Counted from the first letter of the stretch, positions 23,108-37,178 are shown. The stretch: DNA of 64,000 nucleotides from Lytechinus pictus (GCF_037042905.1 NC_087252.1:7132001-7196000); one strand, 5' to 3'. Numbers and translations: made by a program. Notes: a model not told the origin generated them from the sequence alone.

Positions 23108-26100
23108 TCAGGCCTCTCATTTTGAGGAACTGACGAACTCTGCGTGGATCCGAAGTTGTCATCTGAAAAGGGATTGTCCCGCCTCAGGAAGGAGCTCAGC
23201 GTTGCCTTTGGCCCGTAAAGCATCACCAGCCATAGCACTGTTGAAACTTGATAACCTATATACTACCTCTAGTATGATTAGGAGGCGAGTGTAAGTCAAA
23301 TGGAAGTGCCTGCTGATTGGAGGATCCACTAGGAGTATTAGCTACCACCGGATCTAGTTCCGGGATAGTTTGAAACCCTGCCGAACTTTCAGCCGGTTTA
23401 AGCAGAGTGGCTCTGCTCTCAGCTGTGGTCGGCACAGCTGGAATGGAAAAATCAAACTTTTCCACCTGGACATTTCCCAGGCTTGGCAAAGACGCAAATA
23501 GGTCTGGGGTTATTACCCCATCATGCGTCCGGGTTTCCGCAATGACCGCGAGACCCGCTGTAGTCATACCGGGCACGGTCGCTAGCTCTAAAAGAGAGCA
23601 CGAATTAATCAGTATATGGCTCAATTTAGCCGTGATCAATTAACAGTGATCACTGCAAAGTCAACCGAATTTACCCAAATTAATCAATCAACAGTAACCA
23701 CTATTGTTGGAGTAGAAGGTACACCAATGCTTGAATTACCTCCTGCCTATTAAGAACTCCAGCACGGTATGCTCGTAACAGAATCCTTAATATCCTTAAC
23801 CTGCCCTGTATTTCAATTAAAAACTGTTGGTTAAGATTATCATTCATTTATTAAAACAATTAGATAAGTATGTAGGTTTAATTTGCTATCTATAAAATTC
23901 CAAACTTTGGCAAGTCAATCGGGTTCGGATACCCGACAATAAATTACTCGTTGTCCGGCCGTAAACAGAGGGCTCAAAACGTAAACGAGTCACCCCTGAT
24001 ATACAAAAACTCTTGATTAAATTCCCCAAAATTATAAATCAGCAAATCAAATATGTCCAGTAAGTAATCCCAAGGGCTTGGGCCTAGACTAGCAAATGGT
24101 AATGTGAAACATTAATACCCCCACAAAAAATAGTTCAGCCCTGTAAATATTTTGTACAAGTAATTGAAGTAATATCCCGATTGATAAAACAATAATTATC
24201 TCAATGCAGACCGGATAAATAATTGTTCCAATTATAAATCCCCAAGCCTAAATCAAGGCTAACACTGGCCCGATTATACTGTTCGGTTTACCAGTTAATT
24301 CAATTAATGTCAATATGTAGGTTGAATTAACACTATAAGTAATAATTCAATCAATCAAACAATTGTTAATAAATCATCAAGCCTTTATCAAGGGTAACAC
24401 TGGCCTGATTTCTTGTTCAGCTTGCCAGTTGATTTAAATGTCGCTAAACGCGTAGGTAAGTTTAACGTGATTATTCTGATCAGACTATTTTTATTTAAGT
24501 GACGATTGCACGGCGCAGCTTTGCACAAAGCGGACGCGCAACTTCAGTCAGGTAAGTTTTCACTCAAGCATACACACAATCACCTATAATAAAACACACC
24601 GCAAAATAATATTTGAGCCTAAATAAAAACTAACACCTTAAACTAGAAGCTAACTAGACCCAGATCTAATTATTCCAAAAAATATAACTGTCAAAATACT
24701 GACAAAGATTCACCGCTTCAGCAGTAAATTGCTCCTGGTCACACCGTCCGACGGGAACACAACCTAAAACTTTAGCCACCGAAAAATAATCAGTGAAACA
24801 ACAATAACTCTGCCGGCCTTAGTCCAGTCTAAACCACTTCTGGGTCCCGACCCATCGGAAGTAATTCAAACCACTGCCAGGCCACAGTCACGCAAGGAAA
24901 ACCGATAATTCCTTCCGAAAAAGGCAATGTCAATATTCTATAAATAATTCCCCAGTTAAACCAGATCCAAATGTAGACAGATTGTATGCAATAATGATTA
25001 ATAAGGTCTGAAACCAAGACTATACAAACACACTAGTTCAATCACTCCGCAAACACACTTCAATTTATTTAAGTAGCCCAATAATAAACCTTAAAAACAC
25101 AAAATAGTACCCAAATCTAATACTTAAATCCCAATTAATAAATGATCAAAGTCTGCGGTGAAGACTAAGCCCGAAAATCTTGGTCACCGATTCCGATATC
25201 GGTCTAACCCAAGTGAATTCGAGACACCGCAATAAGACCTAAAATTATGAAAACCAATATTAATCTCCAAGATTGTATTTCAAAATGCTTAAGTTGATGA
25301 CAATAGTCACCCCCTCTCCTAAATTGAAAGGATCAAACCACCAAAGCCAAAACAATCGCACACATTCACAACAAAAATCACCACAAAATCCACTAAAATC
25401 ACTGCAATCCTCAATAAAATCGCACTCAAGACTAAGGCTCTATAAAATCTAGATTCTAAAATGTAAGATTAAAAACACAATAATATCAATCACCAGAAAA
25501 GAATCTGAAAATAAAAACTTCAAAACTTACTCTAAACACCACCCCGAGAGGTCTCCAATGCCGGCAAGTCCGGATGCCCTCGGTTGAACGGCCCGCGCGA
25601 ATCCCCACCGCACGGCGCAATCCAGCCTGTCTCCAGCCTACTTGCAGTGATGCAGCGAAGCACTCAAAACCAAATGTGGGTCCCTGAAAATGATTGCAAA
25701 ATTGCGGTTTGTCCATGACGCCAATAAAGCAGCTGGGGTCAGTAAATGAACACCACTGCTCGATGATTATAATTATGTAAATAAATAGGGGTGGGATCGA
25801 CAAATTTTAAACTCACCAGGCAAAATAGGACTTCTAAGGAGCGTTGTCCAAGTTCAAATTCTGCTAGTCAGCCATATCATTCAAATCCACCGCAGCATGG
25901 CCGGTGACGTCACAATTATAGATTGGGGGAGGGGTAGGGAAATACGTCGCTACTACATTAGATTGTCATCGTCGCCGCCCAGTGCAGCCTGTAGGCCTAT
26001 GTTGCTTGCAGTGTTGTGGTTATGCCGCTGTGTTAACCACATGTATTTTGTACGGCCTTGTAGTGGTTTTCTTTTCATCAAACACTGATTTCAACATGAT

Positions 26101-26914
26101 CAGAGCTTGATCACTACTTTGTTTACATTGATCATGCAAAGACAGCTGATTTACAACTTAATTAATTCTTTTGATGGAGCACTTCTCAGTTAGCCTATTC
26201 AACTTGATTCTTTTGTGCACCTACTGGCCCAGTCATCCTTTATTCAAGATGTTCACACAACAGCCAGGAATTCTTTCATGTTCATTTTCTAAGCCATGGA
26301 ATGCTCCTGTCTATTTCTAAGTGGATGTTTTTCTCACTTAGCAACTACTAGCCAGTCAGATTTAAGCTGAGAGCAACCTCATGGTTAATTTGTACACTCC
26401 AACACACTCAGTAGAAAGTCTTCACCTAGTAAGGACATGTACAATTTCTGCTAGTCATCTTTTTTGCAACACAACAAATAGCTCATACTCTGGATTTATT
26501 TTACATCATCAGGATTTCAAGTTCTTCATTTTCATCCTTTTGATTTCGACATATGTAAATATATATCCATCGCTTGTGTTATCCAAGTGGGAGCGTGCAA
26601 TATCTCTAGGAGAACATCTCGTGTCACCCTATTCGCGACGCGTTTCGCTGAGGCCTCACGGGCGCGGTCGTTCTTCATCGCGACATCGTTCTTCTCCATC
26701 TGTTGTATATACTGTATATATATTTCGCATTTATCTTGTTCATGGACATCGCATTAAAGGATCCCGATGAATTTATAGTCATTTGATTTTCTACATCTTC
26801 GCCTTTGCATAAAGGAACCCAGTGCTGGTGAGTCAATCAGATATATTTATTTTAAGTAAGACCTCATTTCTTACAATTGGTGACCCCGTTTTTCGAGTCG
26901 CAACAATTTTCATC

Positions 26915-27793
26915 ATGAATCAACAATCAGCTAATCCATCTGCTGAGGTATCGCATGTCGCTGCAGTCGCTTTGAAGCTTCCCCCATACTGGCCGAACGA
27001 TCCCGCTGTATGGTTCGCCCAAGTACAAGCTCAGTTCACGACGAGGGGAATTACTTCAGAGGAGACTCAGTTTGCGTACATTGTGTCTGCACTTCAACCT
27101 GAGATTGCGCAGGAAGTCAGGGATATTTTAATGAACCCTTCTAAGGACACACCGTACTCGCACCTCAAAGCGGAATTGATTCGCAGGACATCAGTCTCAG
27201 AGCAGAAGAGACTCCACCAGCTACTTATCCAAGAGGAACTAGGGGATCGAAAACCCTCCCAGTTATTACGTAGAATGGAGCAACTGCTTGGAAGTGATCA
27301 TCTTGATGAAACAATCTTCAAACAATTATTTTTGCAGCGACTTCCACATCATGTCCAGACAATTCTAGCGTCAAGCCGCGACGACATGAAGGTGACACAG
27401 TTGGCAGACTTGGCTGATAGAATCATTGATGTTGGTTCAACAAGTACTGTTTCTGCTGTTAGTTCGCCCTCGTCTTCTACTTCTAGTTCAGAGTTGTCAC
27501 AACTTAGACAGCAAGTAGACAGACTTACATTTCAAGTGCAATCATTGACTACGCAACTTCAACATGAACGTGGTCGATCTCCAAATAGGCGCCCTCATCG
27601 TCCAAATAGACAACGTAGCAGGAGTAGCAGTCAAAAGCGTCCTCTCTGTTGGTATCACTGGAAGCATGGTGCAGGAGCTCGCAAGTGTACACCGCCATGT
27701 AACTTTAATCACGCTTCTTTGTTTTCGAGTGATTCTCAACAGCTTTCTTCCAACACCCATGCTCAGGGAAACGACAGAGCCAGCCGGGATTGA
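26915..27793 (+). CDS. gag: Gag with CHCC zinc motif
   Basis: [21 protein letters not shown]...[13 protein letters not shown]...[18 protein letters not shown]; first ATG after the PBS is at 26915. Confidence 0.95.
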   Translation: MNQQSANPSAEVSHVAAVALKLPPYWPNDPAVWFAQVQAQFTTRGITSEETQFAYIVSALQPEIAQEVRDILMNPSKDTPYSHLKAELIRRTSVSEQKRLHQLLIQEELGDRKPSQLLRRMEQLLGSDHLDETIFKQLFLQRLPHHVQTILASSRDDMKVTQLADLADRIIDVGSTSTVSAVSSPSSSTSSSELSQLRQQVDRLTFQVQSLTTQLQHERGRSPNRRPHRPNRQRSRSSSQKRPLCWYHWKHGAGARKCTPPCNFNHASLFSSDSQQLSSNTHAQGNDRASRD

Positions 27794-30700
27794 GAGCGAC
27801 GACCCGTGCTGGTGCTAAGAATAAGAATGGTCGCTTGTTCTACATTCATGATCGGATCAGTGGTACTCAGTTTTTAGTAGATACTGGAGCTGAAGTCAGC
27901 ATAATCACGCCATCTGCAGTTGACAGACAACGGCATACACATTCAGAGTTCACATTGGAAGCGGTTAACGAGTCTCGCATTCCTACGTATGGTGAACGCT
28001 CCATCACTTTGGACTTGGGCCTTCGAAGGACTTTTCGTTTTGTTTTTGTGATTGCCGATCTTCCTACACCCATTATTGGAGCCGATTTCTTGAATGAATT
28101 TGGACTGGTTGTAGATGTTAAGCATCGAAAACTTCTTGACTCCACTACAAAGCTCACGATCTACGGCATCCGTGCTCCACTTCACACGCAGTCTGTCAGT
28201 CCTATGTTTTCACGTTCATCGACTACAGGCAGTGATGAGTATAACGCCATCTTAAAAGAGTACCCAGACATCACTCGTCCTGACTATCACCCCAAAGCTG
28301 TCAAACATTCTGTTACGCACCACATTGTAACGACAGGACCTCCATGTTCCGCACGTCCACGCCGTTTAGCTGCTGATCGCCTGACAATAGCACGTTCTGA
28401 GTTCGAACATATGCAGGAACTGGGGATCGTTAGACTGTCGAGCAGCAATTGGGCATCCCCGCTCCACATGGTTCCCAAATCTACACCAGGTGATTGGCGC
28501 CCATGTGGGGATTACCGTGCTCTTAACGCTCGAACTGTACCAGATCGCTACCCAGTCCCACATATCCAGGACTTTACAGCATCATTGAATGGCAAGAAGA
28601 TCTTTTCGAAGATAGATCTCGTCAAGGCATACCATCAGATACCCGTTGAACCATCTGATATACCGAATACGGCAATTACCACACCCTTCGGACTCTTCGA
28701 GTTTACGCGAATGCCTTTCGGACTTCGAAATGCAGCCCAATCCTTCCAGCGTTTGATGGACGAAGTGGTCAGGGGCTTGCCTTTTGTCTTTGTGTACATC
28801 GACGACATGCTAGTTGCTAGTGCAACAGAGGAAGAGCATAAAGAACATCTCCGACTTCTTTTTGCTCGCCTTCACGAGTATGGTATTGTGATCAACCCTG
28901 CCAAGTGTGTGTTTGGTGTGAGCTCTCTCATCTTCTTGGGACATCACATCAGCGCAGATGGCATTCGACCCCTCGAGAAGCGCGTAGAGGAGATCCGCGA
29001 ATTTGCTCGTCCTTCTTCTATTCGACAGCTCCGTCGTTTTCTAGGACTTGTCAATTTTTTTCGACGATTTATCCCCAAGGCAGCAGCTATCCTCGCACCA
29101 CTTACCGACATGCTCCGTGGTCAGCCGAAGAGATCAACCAAGGCAGTTGAGTGGACGGAAGAGCGCATCAGTGCATTCGAGCGTGCGAAGGAAGAACTCG
29201 CCAATGCTGCTTTGCTTGTACATCCTTCGACAGATCTCCAAACTAACTTGATGGTTGATGCATCAGATGTAGCAGTCGGTGGCGTCCTTCAACAGTACGC
29301 TGATGGTATTTGGAAGCCAATTGCGTTCTTTTCACAGCGACTCAAACCTACCGAAACTAGATACAGCACTTTTGGTAGGGAATTATTAGCTGTTTACCTC
29401 ACGATTCGCCATTTTCGCCATTTCTTAGAGGGACGCGAGTTCACAGTCTACACGGATCATAAGCCGTTGACCTACGCTTTGCGATCGAAGCCTGACCGTC
29501 ACTCTCCAAGAGAAATCCGCCAGCTGGACTATATCTCGCAGTTTACATCAGACATTCAGCATGTACACGGTGTAGACAACACAGTAGCTGATGCCTTGTC
29601 TCGACTGCATGTGGATGCTCTTCACACATCATTTACTGTTGATTTTGATCAGATTGCAGCCGACCAAATTGATGATGAATGGGAAGAGATACAGAAATCA
29701 ACTTCACTGACATTTAAGCAAGTACCACGGCCTTTAAGCGACGGAATGATTTGGTGCGATGTCTCTACAGACCACGAGAGACCTTACGTCCCGAAGAAAC
29801 ACCGCCGCATGGTATTTGAAGCGTTGCATAATATGTCACATCCTGGTGTACGCTCTACCCAAACAATGATTACTTCACGTTTTGTTTGGCCAAGTATGAA
29901 CAAGGACATACGTACATGGGCTCGTTCATGCCTATCTTGCCAGCGCTCTAAGATCCACCGACATATCAAGGCACCACTTGGAACCTACACTGCGCCAGAC
30001 GCCAGATTCAGTCATATTCATGTAGACTTAGTCGGTCCATTGCCTTCGTCAAATGGATATTGTTACATGTTAACCTGTATTGATCGGTTTACAAGATGGG
30101 CCGATGCTTTCCCAATATCAGACATTACAGCAGAGACTGTCGCCAAGACACTTGTGCATGAGTGGATTTCCCGATTTGGCGCACCCTCGACCATCACCAC
30201 GGACAGAGGTAGGCAGTTTGAATCGCAACTCTTCCAAGCTCTCACTTCACTTCTTGGGAGCTCTCGTACACACACCACTGCGTATCACCCTGCGGCCAAT
30301 GGTATTGTGGAAAGATTCCATCGTCAGCTCAAAGCAGCACTTCGAGCGCAATCTGATCACAGCAAATGGCAAGAGTTTTTGCCGATCGCACTTTTGGGCA
30401 TACGCACAACGGTAAAAGAGGATCTTGGATGTACACCAGCAGAACTGGTGTATGGAACTACACTGAAGGTTCCAGGTCAGCTGGTGGCACCAACAACTCC
30501 AGACTCTTTCTCCAACCCAGGCGACTATGTTCATCGCCTTCGCAACTATATGATTGACATCAACCCTGCACGAACACGTTCTCAAACTACTACATCGCAT
30601 GTTCCACCTGATTTGCAAGATTGCTCGCATGTATTTATCAGGTGTGATGCTGTCCGGCCGTCACTTCAACCGCAATATGATGGACCTTACAGAGTTGTTA

Positions 30701-30936
30701 GTAGGACGCCAAAGTTTTTCATTTTGGATGTGAAAGGGAAGAATGATTCCGTCAGCGTTGATCGTCTCAAGGTTGCTCATCTGCCATCTACTACAAGCAT
30801 GGACAATTCATTTCTACATCATGCATCATTTTCATCGCTACCTACTCCTACTACCTCTACTCCACCGGTGCGGACAACCAGATCAGGTCGCCGCGTCCAT
30901 TTTCCAGCTCGTTTTGCCCAGTTTTCCAATGGATGA
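27766..30936 (+). CDS. pol: Pol polyprotein (protease-RT-RNase H-integrase), translated by -1 frameshift
   Basis: LVDTGA; YIDD; DAS...RELLA...TDHKPL; HHCC, DDE and GPY motifs; uninterrupted frame starting at GGGAAAC 27766-27772. Confidence 0.97.
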   Translation, partial: GKRQSQPGLRATTRAGAKNKNGRLFYIHDRISGTQFLVDTGAEVSIITPSAVDRQRHTHSEFTLEAVNESRIPTYGERSITLDLGLRRTFRFVFVIADLPTPIIGADFLNEFGLVVDVKHRKLLDSTTKLTIYGIRAPLHTQSVSPMFSRSSTTGSDEYNAILKEYPDITRPDYHPKAVKHSVTHHIVTTGPPCSARPRRLAADRLTIARSEFEHMQELGIVRLSSSNWASPLHMVPKSTPGDWRPCGDYRALNARTVPDRYPVPHIQDFTASLNGKKIFSKIDLVKAYHQIPVEPSDIPNTAITTPFGLFEFTRMPFGLRNAAQSFQRLMDEVVRGLPFVFVYIDDMLVASATEEEHKEHLRLLFARLHEYGIVINPAKCVFGVSSLIFLGHHISADGIRPLEKRVEEIREFARPSSIRQLRRFLGLVNFFRRFIPKAAAILAPLTDMLRGQPKRSTKAVEWTEERISAFERAKEELANAALLVHPSTDLQTNLMVDASDVAVGGVLQQYADGIWKPIAFFSQRLKPTETRYSTFGRELLAVYLTIRHFRHFLEGREFTVYTDHKPLTYALRSKPDRHSPREIRQLDYISQFTSDIQHVHGVDNTVADALSRLHVDALHTSFTVDFDQIAADQIDDEWEEIQKSTSLTFKQVPRPLSDGMIWCDVSTDHERPYVPKKHRRMVFEALHNMSHPGVRSTQTMITSRFVWPSMNKDIRTWARSCLSCQRSKIHRHIKAPLGTYTAPDARFSHIHVDLVGPLPSSNGYCYMLTCIDRFTRWADAFPISDITAETVAKTLVHEWISRFGAPSTITTDRGRQFESQLFQALTSLLGSSRTHTTAYHPAANGIVERFHRQLKAALRAQSDHSKWQEFLPIALLGIRTTVKEDLGCTPAELVYGTTLKVPGQLVAPTTPDSFSNPGDYVHRLRNYMIDINPARTRSQTTTSHVPPDLQDCSHVFIRCDAVRPSLQPQYDGPYRVVSRTPKFFILDVKGKNDSVSVDRLKVAHLPSTTSMDNSFLHHASFSSLPTPTTSTPPVRTTRSGRRVHFPARFAQFSNG

Positions 30937-32956
30937 AAGGACATCTTACATTATCATGGGACCAATGCTTTGTATCGATCAACTTAACTCTTGTTCGTTG
31001 ATCTAGGAGGGGAGTACTGTAGTGGTTTTCTTTTCATCAAACACTGATTTCAACATGATCAGAGCTTGATCACTACTTTGTTTACATTGATCATGCAAAG
31101 ACAGCTGATTTACAACTTAATTAATTCTTTTGATGGAGCACTTCTCAGTTAGCCTATTCAACTTGATTCTTTTGTGCACCTACTGGCCCAGTCATCCTTT
31201 ATTCAAGATGTTCACACAACAGCCAGGAATTCTTTCATGTTCATTTTCTAAGCCATGGAATGCTCCTGTCTATTTCTAAGTGGATGTTTTTCTCACTTAG
31301 CAACTACTAGTCAGTCAGATTTAAGCTGAGAGCAACCTCATGGTTAATTTGTACACTCCAACACACTCAGTAGAAAGTCTTCACCTAGTAAGGACATGTA
31401 CAATTTCTGCTAGTCATCTTTTTTGCAACACAACAAATAGCTCATACTCTGGATTTATTTTACATCATCAGGATTTCTAGTTCTTCATTTTCATCCTTTT
31501 GATTTCGACATATGTAAATATATATCCATCGCTTGTGTTATCCAAGTGGGAGCGTGCAATATCTCTAGGAGAACATCTCGTGTCACCCTATTCGCGACGC
31601 GTTTCGCTGAGGCCTCACGGGCGCGGTCGTTCTTCATCGCGACATCGTTCTTCTCCATCTGTTGTATATATATATATTTCGCATTTATCTTGTCCATGGA
31701 CATCGCATTAAAGGATCCCGATGAATTTATAGTCATTTGATTTTCTACATCTTCGCCTTTGCATAAAGGAACCCAGTGCTGGTGAGTCAATCAGATATAT
31801 TTATTTTAAGTAAGACCTCATTTCTTACAGCCTCCTAGCCGGCTGGGCATCGAGAGAAAATCGGGCCGGTTAATTTGGTTCAACTCAAACAAGGACCAGC
31901 CCACGATTGATTAAAACAAGAAGAATGAAGCTTCTATTTATAAACTGTAACGTTAGATCTAGAGGGAGATCTGCATCTATCTTCAGTAGATCGAGACTCA
32001 GGAATAAACTGTGAAGCGGAGTGTGGATGAAGATACGCCTGTCATTCATTGTGTCATTCCTCACTTTCAGTTTCAAACTTTCAGTGTCAGATAAAATTTA
32101 TTTTGCATAACTTCAGGCTTCTGCATTTAGCCCCAACCCATTTTAACTCTTATTGTTATTTATAAATATAGTTAGACTCGGTCTTAGAAAAAACATGCTG
32201 CTCTGCATGTTTGTCTTATTATCAATAGATCTAGGACCTAAGTCACCTAGATCTTACTTGGTTAACAGAGGATCTAGTCTTGCTTCGTAATCCTACTTAC
32301 TTTATACTTACTTTACTTTTATTCATCGATGCTATCTACGCCTACCTAATTCAAATCTAGACATCTAACTTATACTTTCCCAACCCTCGACACTTGCCCC
32401 CAGGGCTTATGATCTAGGTCAGTAATTTAGGCCTAGATCTAGGTCTGGGCCTAAACGACTCCATTTACACGTACGAGTAGGCCTATGACTGTCAGTGGAC
32501 CAAGGACTAGATCTAGATCTGCTCTCGGTCAATATTAAATGACAATGAAGTTTTAGCCAGGAATAAAAGTAAGTCAAACATCAAAAATTTCTAAAATCGA
32601 TATAGATCTCGGTTTAGAACCGAAGCTAGCTTTACTTTCTAGGTCTAGATAGATCGAGAGTCCGTCGTTAGTCTAGATCTATACCTAATTTAGATACATG
32701 AATGCTGTCACACAGCACTGAGTCTCGTTGGACTAGATCTATACTTTCTTACAAATAGATCTAGACCTAGTGCATGAGATTATGAAATTATGTTAAAATC
32801 AAATGAAATACATGTAAGATTCGGAAATAAAAAGATGCAGATTTTTTTTTTTTGGGGGGGGAAGGCAGACATGTGAAAAAATATAGAGAAACCTGAAATT
32901 CAGATTTAGAAATCGAGGGCCAGAAGCGACCAATATTACCTACTTTTTAGGGCAGC

Positions 32957-33542
32957 CCCGGGGGGGGGGCCACTTCCATTGACGAGTGGATACCATGCGC
33001 GACCACGCGGGGTCTCGAAAAGCACCCTAAACACGTATTTTCCATGTTCTGAAAATGCACCCCTTAACAAGTATTGGCGTCTGAAACCCTACCCTTAACA
33101 AGTATTGGAAACAAAACTATACTCTTGGCAAGTATTCCCTGAAATGAACCCCTAAACAAGTAAATTTTATTGTTGTGTCACGGGTCCGTCGGTCGTCGGT
33201 TTTACCTAATTAACACACCATTTGGTTTAGTAAGGTCCCACCTTCCTCACCTCGCGCAAATCGGGACTCTAAACACGTAGTGTTGGGGCAAAAAGCCAGA
33301 AAAAGGACATCCTTTATACAACATTTTAATTTTGTTTTATCATCCCCGCAAATGTGACCCTAAACACGTAGCTTTCCTAGCAAAAAAGATACCCTTTTTT
33401 CATTATTTTTGTGTTTTTGACACCCTTATCACGTTACGTACGTAACGTGCCCTATCTTGAAAAAGACATCCTTTTTACGTGTTTTCTTGGTCGCGCATGG
33501 TATCCACTCGTCAATGTAAGTGCCCCCCCCCCCCCCCCCCGG
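32957..33542. mobile_element. CCCGG-terminal MITE, copy 1 (family X)
   Basis: TIR CCCGG(G)n-CCACTTCCATTGACGAGTGGATACCATGCGCGACC; flanks AGGGCAGC / AGAGCAGC; second copy at 51532. Confidence 0.85.
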
Positions 33543-33997
33543 AGAGCAGCTTATAATCACTCGCGTCACGTGCGGGTTCGTAATCACTCGCGTTTTGAAT
33601 TTTTGGCGATTTTTTTTTTTAACGGTGTCTTCAATGGGACAGACATGCAGGGAAAATAAAATGAAATTGAAATTCGAGTTTCGTTTTAAGCCGGCAATTA
33701 AGTGCCTTAAAATAAAATGTACTCGACTACTGTTTTAACATAACAAGCAAGCAAATCAGCCATGTGGCTCAACTAACTTAGAATAGATCCGGACTTCTAC
33801 TGTGTATTATACGAGGACTCCGAGTCGGAACTTGCCATATCTGCCACATCGATATTACATCGTATCATTCCCATATGCGGACATGCCTGCATGCAATGGC
33901 CCCAAGGCGGCCGGACCCGGCCGCGGTTGGACACGACGTGCATCGGTAGCATGGAGCAAGCTTACGTGAGTCGAGCTGAGTTAGATCCCACGTTATA

Positions 33998-34840
33998 TAT
34001 GAAGCGCCGATTGTACCAATATTATATAGAACAATTATTTGTTATATAATCATTATTCATTAAATAATGACTATTATTTATATATAATTTACATTCTATT
34101 TGTAAATAATCACTATTATATAAAATAACATTTCTAATTATTTATATATAATTCCAAGTAATACTTCATTACTTGTAAATAATAATAGTTCGACATTCCA
34201 TTATTTATAAATAATGATTATTTGATTTTGATTATCTATAAATAATAATTTTTGTGTTTCATTATTTATAAATAATGACACTGCATACTTCATTATTTAT
34301 GAATAATTGCAATTCGTTTTTTTATTATTTATAAATAAGTTTGTCGAGTTTTCTATTATTTGTAAATGATAATAATCTACAGTATTAACAATGCCAGTGC
34401 ACATTTCTTTATTTATAAATAATTTGTTAAGTTTCCCATTAATTATAAATAATGAAAATTCATCGTGTTTCATTATTTATAAATAACATTTTTGTTTGAA
34501 TATCCCATTATTTATAAATAATCATTATTTATAAACGATTTTTACAGTTTGCCATTATATACAAATAATCGTTATTTATATACAAATAACCATTATTTAT
34601 AAATAATGACAAACAAATAATCATTATTCATAAATAATAGAATGTCGAACTATTATTATTTACAAATAATGAAGTATTACTTGGAATTATATATAAATAA
34701 TTAGAAATGTTATTTTATATAATAGTAATTATTTACAAATAGAATGTAAATTATATAAAAATAATAGTCATTATTTAATGAATAATGATTATGTAACAAA
34801 TAATTGTTCTATATAATATTGGTACAATCGGCACCTCATA
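33998..34840. mobile_element. AT-rich palindromic MITE with TATG...CATA termini (possibly IS3EU-like)
   Basis: TATGAAGCGCCGATTGTACC...GGTACAATCGGCACCTCATA; internal repeats of CATTATTTATAAATAATG. Confidence 0.6.
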
Positions 34841-37178
34841 TGTAACGTGGGATCTAACTCAGCTCGACTCACGTAAGCTTGCTCCATGCTACCGATGCTC
34901 GTCGTGTCCGACCGCGGCCGGGTCCGCATATGGGAATGATACGATGTAATATCGATGTGGCAGATGTGGCAAGTTCCGACTTGGAGTCCTCGTATAAGAC
35001 ACAGTAGAAGTCCGGATCTATTCTAAGTTAGTTGAGCCACATGGCTGATTTGCTTGTTTGTTATGTTAAAACAGTAGTCGAGTACATCTTATTTAAGGCA
35101 CTTGCCGGCTTAAAACGAAACTCGAATTTCAATTTCATTTTATTTTCCCAGCGTGTTTGTCCCATTGAAGACACCGTTAGAAAAAAAATCGCACCGAAAT
35201 GAAAAAAAAATCGCCAAAAATCAAAAACTCGTGTGATTACCAACGCGACGCGAGTGATTACGAACGCGAGTGAATATAATAAGCCCTTTTTAGGGCCGTT
35301 TTGTGCATTTTCTAAAGTAAAATTGAAGGATGTCATGCAATTCTTCTTTTGATGAAGGTTTTCACATTTCAGCTCCCACCCAAATCCCTCCCCCTATACA
35401 TACGGCCATGAAAAAGATAACTTCTTATTATTGTTCTCTCTTTTCTTTCACAAACAGGTTGAGTTTGAAGAACAAGAAAAACAGTAGAGGTCTACCTATA
35501 TGGTTAAAGATGATGATCATAAGTGCATGCATCATTTTGCAGATTCTCATCCAGGTATAAAAGTTAAACTAATACCCATACAAAATTACAGATACATTAC
35601 ATGCATTGAATGTTAACCATGTTTACATTAAATAAAAATAACCTGAGCCACAAAGAGGTAAGGTCTGTACTGAATATACACTTCTTAAATATACAGGCTC
35701 TCGAGTCTAAAATAGAACCAATGCCAAAAGTTATGTACCTTGGAAAAATTTATAAAATCAGATCATGTCCTTGATCTACTAGTAATTAAATGGCATTTTT
35801 ATTTTCTATTTGTTTATAAACAAAGCAATATTTATTTTTCATGTTTTATATTTTACAAAATTCATTTGATTAATTCTTTAGTGTGACATTCATATTTGTA
35901 GATTTACGATTTTTTTTAAATCTTTTTATTTTACATTTTGTCCAATAGGATGATGCAGTTTTACAATTTCCATGGAGGTGATTGATGATGATAAATAATT
36001 GGTAAAGTAGGCCTAATAGAACAGTGACTGGACCACAAAGAGAAATACAACCTACAGCAGTTATATGAGTAAGTTAATTAGTGATTATTTTTGATAATGG
36101 AGGTTTTTCACATTTTTTGGGCAACAAATAGACCTGCCTTTGAAAAACCCATTTCAATTTTGTTTTTAGTTTATAGTTAGTGTCGTTTTTAATCACAGAT
36201 CAAAATATTCTGTGCAACAAAACATATCAACTTTATATCTGACTATTTATATAATTTACATATGTTAATTCATATATTCATATTTATGAGAAATATCTGA
36301 TGACATTTTTTCTTAGAATACATGTAGTTATAATGGAGAGTGGTATGTAAACTGCATAGAACAGGTTTAAGTGATATGCTTTATAGAAGTACAAGTTTAT
36401 AAATAGTAGACGTAAGATTTCCTATGTTATGTGTTGAAGAAACATATATATGTATGTATAGTCTCACTTTTCTTAAAACATTTATGTTTTACAAATCATG
36501 ACAATTTTATTTTAAATTCATTGATTTTCTTTCTCTATTTTTTCAATCTGCAGGACTGGACTGGTGTAACATGTGTTTTCATTCAAGAAATCCAACAATG
36601 TCTGACTTAGGAACCACTTGATGAAGATGGAAAAGGTTTTTTTTTTCAAGTCCAATTTTTTTTTAAAGTATACATCCGAAGAATCAAAAGTATTTTATAA
36701 TGACTTTATGTGGTCATCATTGTAAAGGGGAAGTATTACTAATCAGATATATAACTTCACTTTTCAAAATAGTGATCAGAGTTTGCAGAAATCAGCTCTC
36801 AAAAATGATTTATTTTCATGCCATATTTCTGCCTTCCACCGGTCCTCTTGCGAGCTCCAGCTGAGTGACGTCACACAATGAGCAGTGAGCAGCTGAGTTG
36901 ACAGCAGCCCATTGGAGACGATCTTTCCAATCAGCGTTTTTTGCTCTTAGAATTGTTTATTGCTCTTAATATTGGTCTTGTTATATAGATAAAAGGGCAT
37001 ACTCGTGATAAAGGCCCCGCTCGAGAAAAAATTGTAATCGATCATACCTCAATATCTAGGTTGCTAACTTCAGCTCACTATATATACTCGTGATATAGGC
37101 CCCGCTGCTGTGTTGAATGGCTTAGAATGTCCGTTCGCGGGGCCTGTTTCACGAGTATAATACTATAACCGTTATATA

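Larger units (their letters stand above)
20560..25957 (-). mobile_element. Non-autonomous (pol-less) Gypsy-like LTR element; LTRs 25725-25957 (5') and 20560-20767 (3')
   Basis: Direct repeats of 233 and 208 bp; TSD TTAG/TTAG; PBS TGGCGTCATGGACA (25723-25710, tRNA-Ser-like); poly-G PPT about 20770-20790; gag ORF present; no protease, RT or integrase motifs. Confidence 0.9.
26059..31829 (+). mobile_element. Full-length Ty3/Gypsy retrotransposon, CsRn1 clade; LTRs 26059-26875 and 31018-31829
   Basis: TG...CA LTRs differing by about 3 substitutions and one 5-bp indel by eye; TSD GCCT/GCCT; PBS TGGTGACCCC (26878, tRNA-Trp); PPT AGGAGGGGAG (31005-31014). Confidence 0.97.
32951..35285. mobile_element. 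Foldback element with GGC...GCC termini and 8-bp TSD (Merlin-like), carrying nested inserts
   Basis: CTTTTTAG at 32943-32950 and 35286-35293; 33550-33997 is mirrored by 34841-35280. Confidence 0.75.

Noticed and set aside
26381..26770. 129-aa ORF in the Gypsy LTR
   Set aside because: Interrupted by a TAG and an indel in the 3' LTR copy; no recognisable domain.
27542..30630. Short alternative-frame and antisense ORFs within gag-pol
   Set aside because: Shadow ORFs of the coding strand.
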